Assembly (NCBI RefSeq): GCF_001194135.2
Contig: NC_068981.1
Location: forward strand, 169,375,742 to 169,431,055
Direction: 5' to 3'
DNA from: Octopus bimaculoides
Lineage: Eukaryota
Length of the DNA stretch: 55,314 bases
The translations under genes were made by a program, and so were the position numbers. Under the pieces are notes generated by a model. It saw only the letters and a list, made by a program, of their open reading frames with translations, ran no database searches and was not told the DNA's origin. Below, piece by piece: positions 52,789 to 55,314 of the stretch (position 1 is its first letter; every line of letters begins with the position of its first letter).

Positions 52789-55314
52789 NNNNNNNNNNNN
52801 NNNNNNNNNNNNNNNNNNNNNNNNNNNNNNNNNNNNNNNNNNNNNNNNNNNNNNNNNNNNNNNNNNNNNNNNNNNNNNNNNNNNNNNNGCTGGTCAGTTC
52901 TTTCAATGACAAGTTTATTCTTGGCCTTTTAAAAAAATAGCAAAACCAGGTGGCATTGTTTGGAAGAAAGTTGTTTTTGAAAATTTTGTCCATCATTGTC
53001 CAGTGGGAGAGAGTGTGTGTGTATGTGTGCTTGTGTATGTGTGCGTGTGTATGTGTGCGTGTGTGTATCTAAAACGAGTGTCAATGGGAAAGAGAAGGAA
53101 AGAAGAAAGAAGAAAATTGTGTTAAGGCTGGTCAATTCTTTCAATAACAAGAAAGAATTGACTAGTTGTAAACATAATGTAGAACGTAAGACAAGTTGTG
53201 TTTGAGTGCAGACGTGAGAAAAATAATCCTGAATCTCCTGGGATACAAAATTCGTATAAAATTACACTATTTTATGTGTTAGACTGCTACTGAACAGTAA
53301 ATGGAAACTACACTTAATTATAGCGATAACCCCAGGCGAAGAATTATCACACTATAGTTAGGAAGGTCATTTACACAGCTCTGATGAATTTTATATAAAA
53401 ACCTTAGGATCTTCTCAATAAAAAAGGCAATATTTGAAAATGTGTTGAGGGTGCCAAACTAAATGTGTTGGAAAATTTTTTGGTTTCAAGTTGAAAAATG
53501 CAGAGCAAACAACTTTCGCAGGCAGAGGAAAAAAGTCCAAAAAGCGCAATTTGAAATACTGAGGGGTTTTCCTTTTAAACATACTTCTCCCCAGCTTAAC
53601 AGTATAAAGTGTCATGAGACTCTCATCAGGTCACTAAATTCATTAGAAATAGTAAGCAAATCATACATATACCACAACATAAATTATGGAAAAAGAAAAT
53701 TTAATGTAATGCAAAGTAGGATAATATCTGGAAAAGGTCGCGTAGTTTTTCATTGGACTTCTCGACTTTCGCTCATCAAATGCTAACAAACCAAAGCTAC
53801 AAGACAACACAGTTTTAAAGTGGTCGATCGAAATTCCAAAAATAGCAAGTAAATTTTACTAAAATATATCCATTCGTTATTTTTCCCACAGGAGAAGGAA
53901 ACATTGAATAATGTTTTCCTAGATATACTATGCCTGGAAGAGAAAAACCTAGAGACAGGATTGCTGCGACTTCATCTCCTTTGTATCATAGGACTTGCTC
54001 GATCACGGTTAACCTGAGGCTAAACCTCGATAGTAGCAACAAAATCTTCAATAACAACAGTATTGGTTTAGTGCGCGAGAAAGTAATCATTACTGCTATA
54101 ATCTCTCGTTATATTCTTTATTTTAGTGGTGATTAAACCTAGCAAGAGAGTAATTAGCAAAATGAAATAGATCCTCCTACACCCCAAACCTCCCCATAAA
54201 TTTTGTAAATAAATAAACTGATGTAAAAAGTGAAATCTGATTTGAATGAACGCCATTGAATAAGTTTTAATTAGAGACTTTGTTTTCACGATAATGTTCT
54301 TGGCTGCAAGATTTATGTTATTTTTTCGTCCATCAAAGTTGTTTATGCATTTATTTATTTATATATTTGCTGGTCTGGTTGGTTGTTTAAAAAAGAAATA
54401 CCCACCAACCACACTAAACAGCAGAAATGAAAAATTACTGAAAACAAAAGATACAAATTTAAAAGCAAAAAATATCTTAATTATTTTTAAAGGCAAAAAA
54501 CAGATAAACTTCGAAATNNNNNNNNNNNNNNNNNNNNNNNNNNNNNNNNNNNNNNNNNNNNNNNNNNNNNNNNNNNNNNNNNNNNNNNNNNNNNNNNNNN
54601 NNNNNNNNNNNNNNNNNNNNNNNNNNNNNNNNNNNNNNNNNNNNNNTATACATATATATGTGTGTGTATGTGTGTTTAATATATATATACATGTGATTTA
54701 TATCTGCAAAATTGGGCGAACATAGAAGATAGAAGAAACCACTTCCACTAGCGGGTATATTTTATTTCTGGATGTAAAATGTTTACTGGCTAATGTTATC
54801 TGTAACACTTTCTTGAGAATAGCATAGACAGCAAGATTTCCCTTTTGACCTGTTCCTTCTTTTAATAAAAGTAGTCACTGTTAAACGCGCATGTCATGTA
54901 CTGAGGGTGATTACATAATCTATGCACATTTTTACCGTCACGATCCTGTGTGTGCTTGAATACATGCTGGAGATCCTTATGAAGGGAGAATCCTGTATAT
55001 TGCGGCATGTAGCAAGTTTAATGAATGTTCAAGTACGTTATAGACAAGTATTTTATTTTTTAAGTTAGAGAGAAATGCCAAAAACTCTTATCTTAAAGGC
55101 ATGAGCACTAAAAATAAAATTACCGGTCTTTTGAGGAGAACATGTACTATGTTGCGGTTCCGATATATCGACAGATTATCATTTCAAGCACACTGCCTAA
55201 CACTTATTGAAACGTTACTTACGCACAATAAACGCACGCAAAAATCTTTACACTCACACAGACGCCTACTATATAGGTACAAACACATTTATATATATAT
55301 ATATATATATATAT

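Noticed and set aside
2530-54725. Long ORFs in the track that run through N-gaps or consist of YI/HT/CV/LSIY/poly-I/poly-N runs
   Set aside because: They come from reading through N runs and (TA)n, (CA)n, (TATC)n and (AAT)n microsatellites; there is no coding signal.
1-55314. CRISPR arrays, prokaryotic operons, intact tRNA or snRNA genes
   Set aside because: None seen. tRNA-like boxes occur only as SINE heads, and the DNA is eukaryotic and repeat-rich.

Overview
AT-rich animal genomic DNA with very many microsatellites, about 14 N-gaps and no protein-coding gene I can recognise. The window looks intronic or intergenic. The SINE families and the (TA)n/(CA)n/(TATC)n/(AAT)n density point to an octopus or other coleoid cephalopod assembly (inference). 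Most ORFs in the supplied track are microsatellite or N-gap artefacts. Recognisable content: many tRNA-derived SINE copies from at least three families; decayed retroelement remnants (a Penelope-like GIY-YIG endonuclease at ~40.3-41.06 kb, a CR1/L2-clade RT C-terminus at ~47 kb, a Dong/R4-like 3' end inside (TAA)n at ~20.8 kb, a possible L1/Tx1 remnant at ~51 kb); and an orphan fragment of the 18S rRNA 5' end. The most interesting structures are: (i) a short repeat family with a minimal, dimer-type hammerhead ribozyme motif, found twice as head-to-head inverted pairs (11.9-12.1 kb and 39.4-39.9 kb), the second near the Penelope remnant; (ii) a ~730-bp foldback element with inverted (TTAGGG)n/(CCCTAA)n telomere-like repeats at its centre; (iii) a diverged ~190-bp inverted repeat at 27.7/29.0 kb and a pre-miRNA-sized hairpin at 21.5 kb. 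All alignments were done by eye, and element boundaries are approximate unless exact motifs are quoted.
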